Of a stretch of DNA of 64,000 nucleotides, positions 61,801-64,000 are shown piece after piece. The notes below the pieces were generated by a model that worked only from the letters and a program-made list of their open reading frames with translations, did no database searches and was not told where the DNA came from. The number at the start of each line of letters is the position of its first letter. Position 1 is the stretch's first letter. The position numbers and the translations under genes were made by a program. The stretch comes from Bugula neritina (Eukaryota; Animalia; Bryozoa). Location: the NCBI GenBank assembly GCA_964035545.1, contig OZ037771.1:1003628-1067627 (forward strand). Reading direction: 5' to 3'.

Positions 61801-63950
61801 AACTGCAATGATTCGTCTTCAAACAAAATTTTATTCTCATTTTTTCACACTACAACCTCATCTCGTGGTTTTGCTTGCATTTTATTTGTGGGGCAAATCT
61901 TTTGATGAATTTTTTTGGATGTATAGCATTATCAGCACATAAGTTATAAGACTGTTGAAATATTATGCAGTTTGTTTAAGTAATACTCGCAGGAACTATA
62001 CCGTATACTTTCAGTAACTATACCGTATACTCTCAGTAACTATACCGTATACTCTCAGTAACTATACCGTATACTCTCAGTAACTATAACATATACTTTC
62101 AGTAACTATACCGTGTACTCTCAGTAACTATACCGTATACTCTCAGTAACTATACCGTATACTCTCAGTAACTATACCGTATACTCTCAGTAACTATACC
62201 GTATACTCTCAGTAACTATACCGTATACTCTCAGATCACCGAATCAACTCCTGCAACTGGCATTCAACGAGCCGGACTCTTCAACTATATGCAAGGCAGC
62301 CAAGCTCTCTGTTGGTTCAAATGTCAATTATATTGATTGGCTGACGAAGCCACAGAAGGCCAATCAGTGTTTGGGTACCATACAGACTCCTACTGTAGTC
62401 AACTGCACAGCTGTGTCTCCAGATGGTCAGGTTCTGGCGGTGGGTGGAGAGGACTGCAGAGTGCACATGTACTCTCTCACCAACTTTGAGGTTTGCTCTC
62501 TTTTGGTTTTTAAGCTAGTTTTTTGGCCATAAAAATAATTTTTCACAAATATTTTCACCCTGTTTACCAGTTATTTCATGAAATATTTCTAGTAGTTGTA
62601 ATCAATTTTTGTTTTTATTCTTACTTTTTCCGACTGCGGGCTTCATTTTGTTTGACAGGAAATGATGACGTTAGTAGGCCACGCCCACCTCATCAGTGAC
62701 CTCCACTTTGTAGATGGTGATCGCTTAATGTCGGCGTCTCAGGACCAAACAGCGTGCCTGTGGGACCTGAACACAGGCCACAGGTACGTCCTTCTCTTTA
62801 TCCATCTTGAGCTACGTCAGAGCTCTGAGGTTGTGTGTTTGTCTTCATAGAGATAGTGTTAATGTGCCTTTGTAATAAAGATAAGCTATTAGCAAGAGAT
62901 CCAAAATGACTAGGTGTGGAGAGGGAACTCCCCAATACAACTGAGCTAACTGGGGAAATGAGGCTAGACTATGATATCCTAGGCTATACCAACCAGTTTC
63001 ATTTCTTAAAATATGAAAAGAATGCTAATTGATAGAGTACATCTAGATGTGCCTTCTATAGAGCATAGCGTGTAATATCTATTTTGGAATTGTCATCTCA
63101 TACGTGGTGCATCTATTTAGCTCCTGTCAGTGTGCTGTAGACTAGTGTAGTGTACTGTAGACTAGTGTACTGTAGACTAGTGTACTGTACTGTATACTAG
63201 TGTACTGTACTGTACTGTATACTAGTATACTGTACTGTATACTAGTGTACTGTACTGTATACTAGTGTACTGTACTGTATACTAGTGCACTGTACTGTGT
63301 ACTAGTGTACTGTACTGTATACTAGTATACTGTAGACTAGTATACTGTACTGTACTGTGCTGTAGACTGGCTGTGATGAACAAACACTCTCGCAGAGTTA
63401 GCTCCTGCACCTCCACCAAACTCTCCCTACTCACGGCCGGCTGGGACGGACTCGTCAAAGTGTGGACCAGAGACGGGAAGCTGAAGAATGACGTCTGCAG
63501 AGTCCCGTAAGTCATAGCAACAGGAAATTACATCATTTTAAGAAATCTTTGAGAGGTTTTTAGCCCGAAAGTGAAATTGCTTTTTTACTGCTTAAAATCA
63601 GTTTTCAATAACTTTGCAAGTTTTAATATAATATACTATAATAAATTTTATTTTCAAATTGAAGTGTTTTGTTTTCACTATTTGATCTCTTTTGTTTTGT
63701 TGATTGATAAACCTGAAAGTCAATTCATACATTTGCTAAACAAGTTGAAACGTGTCAACATTAACCAACACTGCCCAGTGAAATGTCTCAAAGTTGGAGT
63801 TATCTGCCTTAGTAACATGGCTTTATATGTTATGTTTATAGAAGTCCTATCAACCACATCGCTGTGCATACAGATGAAGTTTACGCTGCTATTGCATGCT
63901 GGGATAGCACCATCAAAGTCTACAACATTCTCACTAATAAAAGGCTATCG
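46826..63950 (+). CDS. TEP1: Telomerase protein component 1 / vault protein TEP1 (TROVE-VWA-DUF4062-NACHT-WD40); continues past the window end
   Basis: About 30 in-frame exons: DPEFILKVAIYNRKDLNIR, FDAYQLAKYN, FTLKQLIYRLHI, RMKLPTPETWETQIS, LPFMAMLRNIRN, SKQFPFRFFSA (TROVE); ARVFISSTFLDMHGERD (DUF4062); LHGEGGVGKTT and IIIDGLD (NACHT); WD40 repeats (GH...SASQDQTACLWD, TAGWDGLVKVW). The start at 46826 is inferred. Confidence 0.93.
47226..47440. repeat. 36-bp minisatellite ending near the acceptor at 47460
   Basis: tattgttatctattgctgtaatagtatatataattg, ~6 copies. Confidence 0.92.
48675..48820. repeat. 19-bp minisatellite filling a TEP1 intron
   Basis: gtcacatgacctgYgataY, ~8 copies. Confidence 0.9.
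50368..51105 (+). repeat. 31-bp minisatellite starting at the donor 50363/50364
   Basis: tacgtctctgtgtctcagcatgtgtttagta, ~23 copies. Confidence 0.97.
51737..52130 (+). repeat. 25-bp minisatellite running up to the acceptor at 52139
   Basis: gtgtcatagtgaatactagtactga, ~16 copies. Confidence 0.95.
52743..52846 (+). repeat. 35-bp triplication of the acceptor region
   Basis: cactctcattagctacacYttctgttgtatg(t)cag x3; the last AG is the real acceptor. Confidence 0.92.
53010..53166 (+). repeat. 32-bp minisatellite after the donor at ~52997
   Basis: gtactctacagggtcacgtgagggtatagagg, ~5 copies. Confidence 0.92.
53418..53715 (+). repeat. 28-bp acceptor + exon-start array (11 copies) filling the intron
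   Basis: TACTTACTCTGTACAG|ATAGTTGAGGTG, AG every 28 nt from 53423 to 53703. Confidence 0.97.
54545..54840. repeat. 15-bp minisatellite
   Basis: ctaatactagYagYR, ~19 copies. Confidence 0.93.
55088..55276. repeat. 22-bp minisatellite near the acceptor at ~55314
   Basis: gttgacacataaagggtataga, ~8-9 copies. Confidence 0.93.
57541..57815 (+). repeat. acctgctact-type repeat containing a duplicated donor
   Basis: 40-nt junction copy at 57541-57580 and 57666-57705. Confidence 0.9.
59410..60794 (+). repeat. 25-bp minisatellite, ~55 copies, starting 15 nt after the donor 59394/59395
   Basis: agacagttggtaggtctgtatactg. Confidence 0.98.
61990..62234 (+). repeat. 22-bp acceptor-copying array (~11 copies)
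   Basis: taactataccgtatactctcag; the last AG (62234) is the real acceptor. Confidence 0.96.
63130..63365 (+). repeat. tactg/actagtg repeat ending at the acceptor 63365
   Basis: Includes copies of ctgtag|act, the real junction. Confidence 0.88.
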
Positions 63951-64000
63951 GTGAGTATGTCAAAGTCTTGTAGGTAGCATGGACATTGGATACAGGTGCC

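Overview
AT-rich, intron-dense animal (invertebrate-type) genomic DNA. Four multi-exon housekeeping-type genes can be rebuilt from GT-AG exons: a class V/ATP10-like P4-ATPase flippase (minus, 3' part runs off the left edge), TMCO3 (minus), a non-visual beta-arrestin (plus, complete) and TEP1 (plus, runs off the right edge). An intact, very young Mag-type Ty3/Gypsy LTR retrotransposon (identical 152-bp LTRs, GTAAT target-site duplication, tRNA-Ile PBS) lies just 5' of the TMCO3 start exon. Main observations not visible in the ORF track: (1) two tandem, paralogous four-exon genes at 14.6-19.4 kb encode signal peptide + propeptide + KKR + six-Cys inhibitor-cystine-knot peptides (toxin/defence-like knottins); (2) the introns of the four large genes are repeatedly filled with intron-private minisatellites anchored on splice signals, and many units copy the exon-intron junction itself, creating arrays of decoy donors, acceptors or branch points; (3) a nested palindrome cascade sits at the inferred TEP1 promoter; (4) a distinctive 3/6-periodic low-complexity DNA follows each inferred housekeeping TSS. 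Exon boundaries were read by eye and are not transcript-verified.
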